From positions 9,900 through 73,899 of the forward strand of contig JAZOML010000066.1 in assembly GCA_045653945.1 (NCBI GenBank): a stretch of 64,000 bases of DNA, written 5' to 3'. The notes below the pieces were generated by a model. The model had not been told where the DNA came from, searched no databases, and saw nothing but the letters and a program-made list of their open reading frames with translations. Shown in pieces: positions 1 to 7,786 of this stretch (positions are counted from its first letter, which is position 1; the number at the start of each line of letters is the position of its first letter). The DNA is from Eubacteriales bacterium (GTDB lineage: Bacteria; Bacillota; Clostridia; Oscillospirales; CAG-272). A program made the translations under genes and the position numbers.

Positions 1-1
1 G

Positions 2-379
2 ACGACCTTGAAGCAGGCACTTAGGGGAGAAACGATACGCTACGAAAAAACACAGTATATGCTGTATGAGGATTGGCTTATTGACTCACCCGGTGAATAC
101 GCCGAGGTACATGGCCTCAGTGCCGCACTTGCAATTTACTCCTATGAGGCGGACGTGGTCGCAATGCTGATTTCGGCTGATGACGATTACTCACTGTTTC
201 CGCCAAACTGTACTCAAATGATAAACAGAGAGGTTATAGGAATTGTAACGAAGATAGATAAAGCGCCGCCCGAAAGAGCAGAGAGCTGGCTCAGACTCTC
301 AGGGTGCGAGAAAATCTTCAAAATAGACTCCCATACAGGCGCGGGAATTAAAGAACTGAAAAAATATTTAAAAAAATAA
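2..379 (+). CDS. EutP/PduV-family small GTPase (BMC-associated), 5' end outside the window
   Basis: The frame is open to the window edge. The first residues, TTLKQALRGE, are the tail of a GKTTL P-loop. DSPGEY and IVTKID motifs match EutP/PduV. The TTG at 8 is therefore internal, not the start. Confidence 0.8.
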   Translation, partial: TTLKQALRGETIRYEKTQYMLYEDWLIDSPGEYAEVHGLSAALAIYSYEADVVAMLISADDDYSLFPPNCTQMINREVIGIVTKIDKAPPERAESWLRLSGCEKIFKIDSHTGAGIKELKKYLKK

Positions 380-404
380 TAAAATCCAAAAAGGAGAACA
401 AAAA

Positions 405-1199
405 ATGGTAAACGAGTACGAAATCAAAAAACAGATATGCGACATCGGTAAGCGTATCTACAATAAGGGAATGGTTGCATCTAACGACGGTAACATCTCC
501 GTTAAGCTTAACGACAACGAATTTCTTTGCACCCCCACAGGCGTATCCAAGGGCTTTATGACACCCGAATACATCTGTAAGGTTGACCGCGACGGAAAGG
601 TAATTCAGGCAAACAGAGGCTTTAAGCCCTCTTCTGAAATCAAAATGCATATGAGAGTTTATAAGGAGCGTCCCGACGTTAACTCCGTTGTTCACGCTCA
701 CCCCCTTTATGCAACCTCCTTCGCTATCGCAGGAATTCCGCTCACCGAGCCGATTATGCCTGAGGCAGTTATCGCTCTTGGCTGTGTTCCGATAGCTGAG
801 TACGGCACACCCTCCACTGAGGAAATCCCCGATGCAGTATCGAAGTACCTGCAGCACTACGATGCAGTTCTTCTTGCAAACCACGGCGCACTTTCCTTCT
901 CGGATAGCCTTCTTAACGCATATCACAAGATGGAGTCCCATGAGTTCTACGCTCAACTCCTTTATCAGTCCAAGATGCTCGGCGGCCCCAAGCAACTCAC
1001 CGACTCTCAGGTACAAAGACTTTACGAGATTCGCCGTCAGTTCGGTCTTAAGGGTAAGCACCCCGCAGACATCTGCCCCAATGCTCAGGCAGGTAAGCCC
1101 AGCTGCCACGGTTGCGGCGGTCATTGCTCCGATAAGGGCGCAGACGCTGATACCGTTGCAATGGTAACCAAGCTCGTTCTTGAGGCTCTCGGTAAATAA
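405..1199 (+). CDS. Class II (FucA/RhaD/AraD-type) sugar-phosphate aldolase with a C-terminal Cys/His-rich segment and an amphipathic tail
   Basis: 264 aa. NDGNISV, SSEIKMH and VVHAHP motifs are typical of class II aldolases. RBS AAGGAGAA lies upstream. About 45 extra C-terminal residues end in DTVAMVTKLVLEALGK. Confidence 0.88.
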   Translation: MVNEYEIKKQICDIGKRIYNKGMVASNDGNISVKLNDNEFLCTPTGVSKGFMTPEYICKVDRDGKVIQANRGFKPSSEIKMHMRVYKERPDVNSVVHAHPLYATSFAIAGIPLTEPIMPEAVIALGCVPIAEYGTPSTEEIPDAVSKYLQHYDAVLLANHGALSFSDSLLNAYHKMESHEFYAQLLYQSKMLGGPKQLTDSQVQRLYEIRRQFGLKGKHPADICPNAQAGKPSCHGCGGHCSDKGADADTVAMVTKLVLEALGK

Positions 1200-1201
1200 G
1201 T

Positions 1202-1672
1202 ATGACTGAAAACGAGATAAGAGAAATTGTCAAAAAAGCTCTTGCCTCGGTAAAACCCGATAAAAGCGAAATGACACTCGCTCTCGCCGAAAGAATATGC
1301 ACAGCAGTTGAAGGATACGCCAAAAAGATGGGCGTTAACGCAGTTGTTTGTGTGTCCGACGGCGCAGGAAATCCAAAGCTCGTAAAGAGTATGGACGATG
1401 CCTACATAGCAAGCTATGACGTAGCGGTAAATAAAGCCTTTACGGTAGTAGCGCTTAAAATGTCCACGAAAACCTTAAAGCCTATGGCACAGCCGGGCGG
1501 TAGCCTTTACGGAATACAGTTCACAAATGGCGGACGGATAGTGATATTCGGCGGCGGTGAGCCTCTTACCGTAAACGGTAAGATTATAGGCGGACTCGGT
1601 GTAAGCGGCGGAAGTGAGGAGCAGGATACTGAACTTGCTCGTTTGGGTAAAGAGTTTTTTGACAGTATATAA
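1202..1672 (+). CDS. GlcG/HbpS/PduO-C-like (DUF336) putative haem-binding protein
   Basis: 156 aa. The GGGEPL..NGKIIGGLGVSGGSEEQD motif is characteristic of DUF336. The gene starts 3 nt after the aldolase stop. The N-terminus MTENEIREIVKKALASV is amphipathic. Confidence 0.75.
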   Translation: MTENEIREIVKKALASVKPDKSEMTLALAERICTAVEGYAKKMGVNAVVCVSDGAGNPKLVKSMDDAYIASYDVAVNKAFTVVALKMSTKTLKPMAQPGGSLYGIQFTNGGRIVIFGGGEPLTVNGKIIGGLGVSGGSEEQDTELARLGKEFFDSI

Positions 1673-1688
1673 TGAAAGGAAGAAAAAG

Positions 1689-2879
1689 ATGAATTCAGCT
1701 GATATCGAAAAGATTGTCAGACAGGTTCTTGAAAACCTCGGTGATGCTCCCGCACAGAAAAAGGCGGCAGGTCCTATCCCGAGCAAATCAAGAGTTGCAA
1801 TGCTGACAAAGCTTGAACACTTCGACATACAGGAATATCCTATCCCCGAGCTTGGTGATGACGATATACTTGTAAAGGTCGAGGGCTGCGGTGTCTGTGG
1901 AACAGACGCGCACGAATTCAAGCGAGATCCGTTCTCACTTATCCCCGTTGTTCTCGGACACGAGGGAACGGGTGAAATCGTTAAAATGGGTAAGAACGTA
2001 AAGAAGGACAGTGCAGGAAAGCCTCTTGCCGTTGGCGATAAGGTTGTTACCTGTATGATCTTCAAGGATAACCCCGATATAACGATGTTCGACTTAAATA
2101 AACAAAACGTTGGAGGCGCAGACGTTTACGGACTTCTGCCCGATGACGATAAAAAGCTTAACGGTTGGTTTGCCGATTACATACTTGTTCGCGGCGGCTC
2201 AACCATATTCAACGTAAGCGACCTTGACCTTGATAGCAGAATACTTATTGAGCCCTGTGCGGTTCTTATCCACGCAGTTGAAAGAGCAAAGACAACAGGT
2301 ATTCTCCGCTTCAATTCAAGAGTTGTAGTTCAGGGCTGCGGACCTATCGGTCTTATTTGTATAGCTGTTCTTCGTACAATGGGTATTGAAAATATCGTTG
2401 CGGTAGACGGTGAAAATAAACGCCTTGAATTTGCAAAGCTTATGGGAGCTACACAAACTGTAAACTTTAAGGAGCATAAGGGCGTTGAGGCTCTTGCAGG
2501 TGCAGTACAAAACGCATTTGGCGGATACCTTGCGGATTTTGCCTTCCAGTGCACAGGCTCACCTGTTGCTCACGCAAATATCTATAAGTTCATCAGAAAC
2601 GGCGGCGGACTTTGTGAGCTTGGCTTCTTCATAAACGGCGGCGATGCTCAAATTAATCCCCACTTTGATATTTGTGCAAAGGAAATTACAACAGTCGGCT
2701 CTTGGGTATACACCCTGCGCGACTACGTAACCACCTTTGATTTCTTAAAGAGAGCAAAGGGAATAGGACTTCCCCTAGAAAAGCTTATTACTCATAAATA
2801 TCCCCTTGATAAGATAAACGAAGCTCTTGAAACCAACCTTAAAATGGAAGGTCTTAAGATAGCGATAGTAAACGAATAA
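1689..2879 (+). CDS. Zn-dependent MDR-family alcohol/polyol dehydrogenase with an N-terminal encapsulation-like peptide
   Basis: Start placed at ATG 1689, preceded by RBS AAAGGAAG. The ORF-track start at 1614 overlaps the previous gene. Motifs: GCGVCGTD, GHEGTGEIV, and Rossmann GCGPIGL. Confidence 0.85.
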   Translation: MNSADIEKIVRQVLENLGDAPAQKKAAGPIPSKSRVAMLTKLEHFDIQEYPIPELGDDDILVKVEGCGVCGTDAHEFKRDPFSLIPVVLGHEGTGEIVKMGKNVKKDSAGKPLAVGDKVVTCMIFKDNPDITMFDLNKQNVGGADVYGLLPDDDKKLNGWFADYILVRGGSTIFNVSDLDLDSRILIEPCAVLIHAVERAKTTGILRFNSRVVVQGCGPIGLICIAVLRTMGIENIVAVDGENKRLEFAKLMGATQTVNFKEHKGVEALAGAVQNAFGGYLADFAFQCTGSPVAHANIYKFIRNGGGLCELGFFINGGDAQINPHFDICAKEITTVGSWVYTLRDYVTTFDFLKRAKGIGLPLEKLITHKYPLDKINEALETNLKMEGLKIAIVNE

Positions 2880-2891
2880 GGGTGATACGCT

Positions 2892-3206
2892 ATGGGAAAA
2901 GCGACAGGAATAATTGAGGTCTACGGACTTGCCTGCGCCTTTGCCGCACTTGATGCGGGCTGTAAGGCGGCGGACGTAACCGTAGAAACCTTTGATAAAA
3001 ATAAGCCGGGAAATGCAGACGCTCTGCCAGTACCGCTTATCGTTCTTATTAAGTTCAGAGGAACGGTAGACAACGTAACAGCGGCAATCGAGGCGGCGGA
3101 AAGAACGGCAAATTCACTTACCGGTGTTGTTTCAAAGCATATAATCGCCAACACCGAAGACTCAACCGAAAAAATGTTGAAGCTTAATGCTTTTGATAAG
3201 AAATAA
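2892..3206 (+). CDS. Divergent BMC-H shell protein (single BMC domain) with an enlarged pore loop
   Basis: 104 aa. It aligns with the neighbouring BMC-H proteins (GIIEVYGL..AALDAGCKAADV... / ..GTVDNVTAAIEAA). The usual K-I-G-S-G pore loop is replaced by DKNKPGNADALPVP. Confidence 0.75.
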   Translation: MGKATGIIEVYGLACAFAALDAGCKAADVTVETFDKNKPGNADALPVPLIVLIKFRGTVDNVTAAIEAAERTANSLTGVVSKHIIANTEDSTEKMLKLNAFDKK

Positions 3207-3239
3207 TTAAGAAAATTTAAAGAAAAGAGGAAATAAAAA

Positions 3240-3518
3240 ATGGCACTTCAGGCACTTGGAATGGTAGAAACCAGAGGTTTAGTAGCAGCAATCGAGGCTG
3301 CTGATGCAATGGTAAAGGCAGCAGAGGTACAGCTTATCGGTACCGAGAAGATCGGTAGCGGACTCGTAAGCGTAATGGTAAGAGGCGACGTTGGAGCAGT
3401 AAAGGCTGCAACCGAGGCAGGAAGCGTTGCGGCATCTAAGCTCGGTGAGCTTGTTGCGGTACACGTAATTCCCCGTCCCCACGCTGATGTAGAGAAGATT
3501 CTCCCCACTCTTGACTAA
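3240..3518 (+). CDS. BMC-H shell protein (PduA/EutM/CcmK type)
   Basis: 92 aa. [53 protein letters not shown] is a canonical BMC hexamer sequence. Confidence 0.95.
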   Translation: MALQALGMVETRGLVAAIEAADAMVKAAEVQLIGTEKIGSGLVSVMVRGDVGAVKAATEAGSVAASKLGELVAVHVIPRPHADVEKILPTLD

Positions 3519-3678
3519 GTCCTGTAAAAATTCCCCAATACGTCGTTGCTTCCTTGTGAGCAGCTCGGCTTACGCCAAGTAAGCTCTCGCTTTGCTCCCT
3601 GCGTCGCGCCTCGTCTTGAGAAATTTTTAGGCGGACTAATAAGGACAATTATGAAAATAGCATAATTTTGGAGGAACT

Positions 3679-3972
3679 ATGAAATCACTTGGCTTTGTCG
3701 AGGTCAGCGGAACTACGGCAGCAATAGACGCGCTTGATATTATGTGTAAAAGCGCAGAGGTCAGACTGATAAGCTGGGAAAGAAAGCTTGGAGGTCGCCT
3801 TGTAACTCTCATAATAGAAGGCGATGTTTCGGCAGTCAAGGCGGCGATAGAGAACGCAGATGCGCACTGTATCAAAAAGCCCTGTGCCGTAGCGGTGATA
3901 GCAAGACCTCACGCAGAAACCGTTCGTCTTGTGGAATTATCCGCATCACGTTTAAAGAAAAACAAAAAATAA
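3679..3972 (+). CDS. Divergent BMC-H shell protein with a basic pore loop and Lys-rich tail
   Basis: 97 aa. The BMC domain reads LGFVEVSGTTAAIDALDIMCKSAEV..GDVSAVKAAIE..IARPH. The pore loop is ERKLGGR. The C-terminal tail is RLKKNKK. RBS GGAGGAA. Confidence 0.85.
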   Translation: MKSLGFVEVSGTTAAIDALDIMCKSAEVRLISWERKLGGRLVTLIIEGDVSAVKAAIENADAHCIKKPCAVAVIARPHAETVRLVELSASRLKKNKK

Positions 3973-4004
3973 TAAATAAAAACAAAATTTGGAGGTAACT
4001 CAAA

Positions 4005-4282
4005 ATGGCACTTCAGGCACTTGGAATGGTAGAAACCAGAGGTTTAGTAGCAGCAATTGAGGCTGCAGATGCAATGGTAAGGCAGCAGAGGTACAGCTTA
4101 TCGGTACCGAAAAGATCGGTAGCGGACTTGTAAGCGTAATGGTAAGAGGCGACGTTGGAGCAGTTAAGGCTGCAACCGAGGCAGGCAGCACCGCTGCAAG
4201 CAGACTCGGCGAGCTTGTTGCAGTACACGTAATTCCCCGTCCCCACGCTGACGTTGAGAAAATATTACCTACTTTAGATTAA
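4005..4282 (+). pseudogene. Frameshifted BMC-H paralog (1-nt deletion)
   Basis: Near-identical at nucleotide level to 3240-3518 and 4354-4632. At 4076-4083 it reads GGTAAGGC where copy 1 reads GGTAAAGGC. The reading frame then stops at TAA 4131-4133. The total span is 278 nt rather than 279. The ORF track shows no + ORF of 60 aa or more here. Confidence 0.8.
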
Positions 4283-4353
4283 TTTCAGTGGGTTGATTTT
4301 TCAAACTAACATAACAATAAAAAAATTAAAAATACTTATGGAGGTAACTCAAA

Positions 4354-4632
4354 ATGGCACTTGAAGCACTTGGAATGGTAGAAACCAGAGGTCTTGTTGC
4401 AGCAATCGAAGCAGCAGACGCAATGGTAAAGGCAGCAAACGTAGAGCTCATCGGAACCGAAAAGATCGGTAGCGGACTCGTATCCGTTATGGTAAGAGGC
4501 GACGTTGGAGCAGTTAAGGCTGCAACCGAGGCAGGAAGCGCAGCTGCAAGCAGACTCGGCGAAATCGTTGCAGTACACGTAATTCCCCGCCCCCACGCTG
4601 ATGTTGAGAAGATTCTTCCCACATTAGACTAA
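4354..4632 (+). CDS. BMC-H shell protein (PduA/EutM/CcmK type)
   Basis: 92 aa and almost identical to the 3240 product. It has the same RBS context (GGAGGTAACTCAAAATG) as the frameshifted copy. Confidence 0.95.
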   Translation: MALEALGMVETRGLVAAIEAADAMVKAANVELIGTEKIGSGLVSVMVRGDVGAVKAATEAGSAAASRLGEIVAVHVIPRPHADVEKILPTLD

Positions 4633-4792
4633 TTAAAAATGCAAACGGCTTTGTGCGGCTTCCTTTATAGGAAGTCGCATAGGTCGGGCACAAAACTAAA
4701 CGAATAATGCCGTTTTGTTTTGTGCAATACACTCGGAAATAAATTTTTGCAAGTGCGTTGCAAAAAACAAAACAAAAAACAGGAGAAAAATT

Positions 4793-5068
4793 ATGATTAT
4801 AGGAAAAGTAGTAGGAAGCGTTGTTTCTACCGATAAGGACCCAAAGCTTGTCGGCTTTAAGTTTATGATAGTTGAGGCTCTTGCGGAAACCTCAAATATG
4901 AAAAGAATAGTTGCGGTTGACGACGTTGGAGCAGGAATTGGCGAAATCGTTCTCGTTGCAACCGGAAGCGCGGCAAGACTCGGTTGTAATGATCCCTCGG
5001 CACCCGTAGATGCGGCAATAGTAGGAATTATTGACAACGGAATGGCGGGAGTACCCGATTTAAAATAA
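4793..5068 (+). CDS. BMC-P vertex (pentamer) protein, EutN/CcmL/PduN family
   Basis: Start at ATG 4793 after RBS AGGAG (4781). MIIGKVVGSVVSTDKDPKLVGFKFMIV...VDAAIVGIID is typical of EutN/CcmL. The longer ORF-track start lacks an RBS. Confidence 0.9.
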   Translation: MIIGKVVGSVVSTDKDPKLVGFKFMIVEALAETSNMKRIVAVDDVGAGIGEIVLVATGSAARLGCNDPSAPVDAAIVGIIDNGMAGVPDLK

Positions 5069-5087
5069 TTAAATAAGGAAAAAATCA

Positions 5088-6410
5088 ATGGAACTTAAAG
5101 ACCTAAAAAGGCTTTTAAAGGACTGCGGAGTAGTTGGAACGGGTGGCGCAGGCTTCCCGACCTACGCAAAGCTTAGTGATACCGTTGATACCGTTATCCT
5201 CAACTGTGCGGAGTGTGAGCCGCTGCTCAGAGTACACCGTCAGGCGCTTGAAATTCACGTTAGCGAGATACTTTCCGCTTTTAATGAGATACTTTCGGCA
5301 ACGGGTGCAAAGAAGGGAATAATTGCCCTGAAAAAGCACTACAAGGGCGCAATATCGGCGCTTGAAGCGGAGCTTTCAGAATACCCGAAAATCTCTCTTT
5401 GTAAAATGGAATCGGTCTATCCCGCCGGTGATGAGGTAATACTCGTCAAGCGTGTAACGGGTAGAACTATAAACCCCGGCGACCTTCCGGGTTCCGTCGG
5501 AGTTACCGTATGTAACGTTGAAACGGTATATAACGTATATAATGCGCTTCACGGCAAACCCGTAACCCACAAATACGTTACGGTAGCAGGTGAGGTTGCA
5601 AATCCGATAACTGTATACGCCCCTGTTGGTATGAGCGTTTCAGAGCTTGTCAAATGCGCAGGCGGAGAAACCACAGACGAGCCCGTATACATTTCGGGCG
5701 GCCCGATGATGGGAAAAATAGTCAGTCCTTACTCAGCTATAACAAAAACCACAAATGCGATAATCGTTTTACCTGAAACGCACAACGTGGTAATGAATAA
5801 AAAAAGAAACGGCAAGGTAAATCTTCGCCGTACAATGTCGGTTTGCTGTCAGTGTCATACCTGCACCTACCTTTGCTCAAGACACGTTGCGGGCTACCCA
5901 GTTGAGCCTCATATGGTAATGCGTGTGCTTTCAAACGGCGGTAGAGGAGATGCAAGTTGTATAGCGGGAGCAGTATTCTGCTCAGGCTGCGGACTTTGCG
6001 AAACCTACTCCTGCCCTCAGGGACTTTCCCCAAGAGCTTTAATTGACGAAATCAAGGCTCAGGCAAAGGCGAACGGCATAATGCCGCCAAGAGGAATTAA
6101 GGCAAAGGAACACACCGAACACGAGGAGTACCGCAAGGTATCGGTTGAAAGACTCACAAGTCGCCTCGGACTAAAAAAATACGATAAGAACGCACCTGTA
6201 ACCTCGATTAGTGAGCCAAGCTCGGTTAAAATTGAGTTTTCGCAGCATATCGGAGTACCGGCAAAATCGGTTGTAGCCGTTGGCGATAAGGTCAAAAAGG
6301 GTGATATTATCGGTGTGTCAGATGAAAAGGGACTTGGCGTAAATATTCACGCCTCAATTGACGGTACCGTAACCGATATCACACAAAGATACATAAAAAT
6401 TGAAAAATAA
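5088..6410 (+). CDS. pduS: PduS/RnfC-like NAD(P)H-FMN iron-sulfur flavoprotein
   Basis: 440 aa. It has a GTGGAGFPTYAKL nucleotide/FMN motif and two ferredoxin-type Cys clusters (CCQCHTCTYLC and CSGCGLCETYSCP). The C-terminus carries a barrel-sandwich-like GDKVKKGDIIG segment. Confidence 0.8.
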   Translation: MELKDLKRLLKDCGVVGTGGAGFPTYAKLSDTVDTVILNCAECEPLLRVHRQALEIHVSEILSAFNEILSATGAKKGIIALKKHYKGAISALEAELSEYPKISLCKMESVYPAGDEVILVKRVTGRTINPGDLPGSVGVTVCNVETVYNVYNALHGKPVTHKYVTVAGEVANPITVYAPVGMSVSELVKCAGGETTDEPVYISGGPMMGKIVSPYSAITKTTNAIIVLPETHNVVMNKKRNGKVNLRRTMSVCCQCHTCTYLCSRHVAGYPVEPHMVMRVLSNGGRGDASCIAGAVFCSGCGLCETYSCPQGLSPRALIDEIKAQAKANGIMPPRGIKAKEHTEHEEYRKVSVERLTSRLGLKKYDKNAPVTSISEPSSVKIEFSQHIGVPAKSVVAVGDKVKKGDIIGVSDEKGLGVNIHASIDGTVTDITQRYIKIEK

Positions 6411-6436
6411 CCCTTACGGGAAAGGAATAATCAGAG

Positions 6437-6982
6437 ATGAAAAAAGCTCTTGGAATGATTGAATTTAAAACGGTAGCATCGGGTATAACCGCAACCGACG
6501 TAATGCTTAAAACGGCTGAGGTCGAGGTTGTAACGGCAGGCCCCGTATGTCCCGGAAAATACATAGCCACAATAGCAGGCGAGATTAGTGCAGTTAAGGC
6601 ATCTATCGAGGCGGCGGAAAAATACAATCCGTCAATGCTTATAGATAAATTTCTGCTCGGTAACCCTCACGAAACCGTTCAGCCCGCAATTTGCGGCTCT
6701 CTTGAAGTCAAAAATAAGGGTGCAATAGGTATCATAGAAACCTATACGGCGGCATCGGCTGTCGTTGCGGCGGATACCGCAGCAAAAACCGCTATCGTTG
6801 ACCTTATTGAGGTACGTCTTGCAAAGGGTATGTGCGGTAAATCCTACGTTATCCTAACAGGTAGCGTTTCCTCGGTAACTGCGGCTATTGACAGAGCAAA
6901 GGCGGGTGTTGAGGACGGACTACTTCTTGATACCTCGGTAATCGCAGGTCCTGATGAACGCTTATGGGAATCAATTCTTTAA
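6437..6982 (+). CDS. pduT: BMC-T (tandem BMC-domain) shell protein, PduT-like
   Basis: 181 aa with two BMC domains (ALGMIEFKTVASGI... and AIGIIETYTAASAV...). A single Cys sits at residue 38 (GPVCPGKY), the position of the pore 4Fe-4S ligand in PduT. Confidence 0.85.
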   Translation: MKKALGMIEFKTVASGITATDVMLKTAEVEVVTAGPVCPGKYIATIAGEISAVKASIEAAEKYNPSMLIDKFLLGNPHETVQPAICGSLEVKNKGAIGIIETYTAASAVVAADTAAKTAIVDLIEVRLAKGMCGKSYVILTGSVSSVTAAIDRAKAGVEDGLLLDTSVIAGPDERLWESIL

Positions 6983-7006
6983 AATAAACGAAAGGTAGAA
7001 AAAACC

Positions 7007-7768
7007 GTGCTTGCAATAGAAAGAAAGCGTGAGATACTTTCGCGTCTTGCATCAGATGGTAAGGTAATAGTATCCGAGCTTGCCAAGGAATTCGGCGTAA
7101 CCGAGGAAACCGTGCGCCGCGACCTTGAAAAGCTTGACAGCGAGGGACTTGCTTATAAAATTTACGGCGGAGCAGTATCAAGAAAAAGTGAAACTCTTGA
7201 CCTGCCGTATAGCGTAAGAGTTGCGGTAAACGTTGAAGAAAAAGAGGTTATATCGGACCTTGTTTCGCAGTTTGTAAAAGACGGCGACAGACTGATGCTT
7301 GACTCAAGCTCAACCGCAATATATATTGTCAAAAAGCTCAAAAATAAGAAAAACCTTACTATTATCACAAACTCGGTAAAAATTTTGCTTGAGCTTTCCG
7401 ATAAGCCTGATTTTACGGTGCTTTGTACGGGTGGCAGCCTCAAAGAAGGCTCGCTTTCGCTTACAGGCTCGTCGGCTGAGAAGATGATAAGCTCCTATCA
7501 CGTTGATTTTGCGATATGCTCCTGCAAGGGAATAGATATGTCGCTGGGGGTTACCGACTCAAGCGAAAAGGACGGTCAAATAAAGCAGGCAATGTTTGCC
7601 TCGGCTGACAAAAAGCTCCTTGCCCTTGACAGCGGTAAATTTGATAATAAATCCTTTGTTAAGTTATGCGACGTAAAGGATCTCAATATGATAGTAACAA
7701 ACGCATCTCCAAGCGAAGCGTGGCAAACCTATTGCCGCGAGCACGGAGTTCAGCTTATTTATAAATAA
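7007..7768 (+). CDS. DeoR-family transcriptional regulator
   Basis: GTG start. The N-terminal HTH reads VSELAKEFGVTEETVRRDLEKL. The C-terminal part is a DeoR-type sugar-phosphate sensor domain. 253 aa. Confidence 0.9.
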   Translation: MLAIERKREILSRLASDGKVIVSELAKEFGVTEETVRRDLEKLDSEGLAYKIYGGAVSRKSETLDLPYSVRVAVNVEEKEVISDLVSQFVKDGDRLMLDSSSTAIYIVKKLKNKKNLTIITNSVKILLELSDKPDFTVLCTGGSLKEGSLSLTGSSAEKMISSYHVDFAICSCKGIDMSLGVTDSSEKDGQIKQAMFASADKKLLALDSGKFDNKSFVKLCDVKDLNMIVTNASPSEAWQTYCREHGVQLIYK

Positions 7769-7786
7769 CCGAAAGGATTTTCGAAT

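Noticed and set aside
348-1124. 258-aa ORF on the minus strand overlapping the aldolase gene
   Set aside because: It is fully antisense to a gene with clear class II aldolase motifs. It has no RBS, and its Cys/Val/Leu-rich composition is typical of a shadow ORF.
1614-1688. Upstream extension of the Zn-ADH ORF (ORF-track start at 1614)
   Set aside because: It overlaps the 3' end of the DUF336 gene and has no RBS. ATG 1689 has AAAGGAAG upstream and yields an N-terminus matching the other cargo peptides.
3240-4632. Three near-identical units of about 280 nt that could be mistaken for a repeat array or CRISPR-like structure
   Set aside because: The units are full-length paralogous BMC-H genes, each with its own RBS. 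Their spacing is irregular (765 and 349 nt), and a different gene (3679-3972) sits between the first two.
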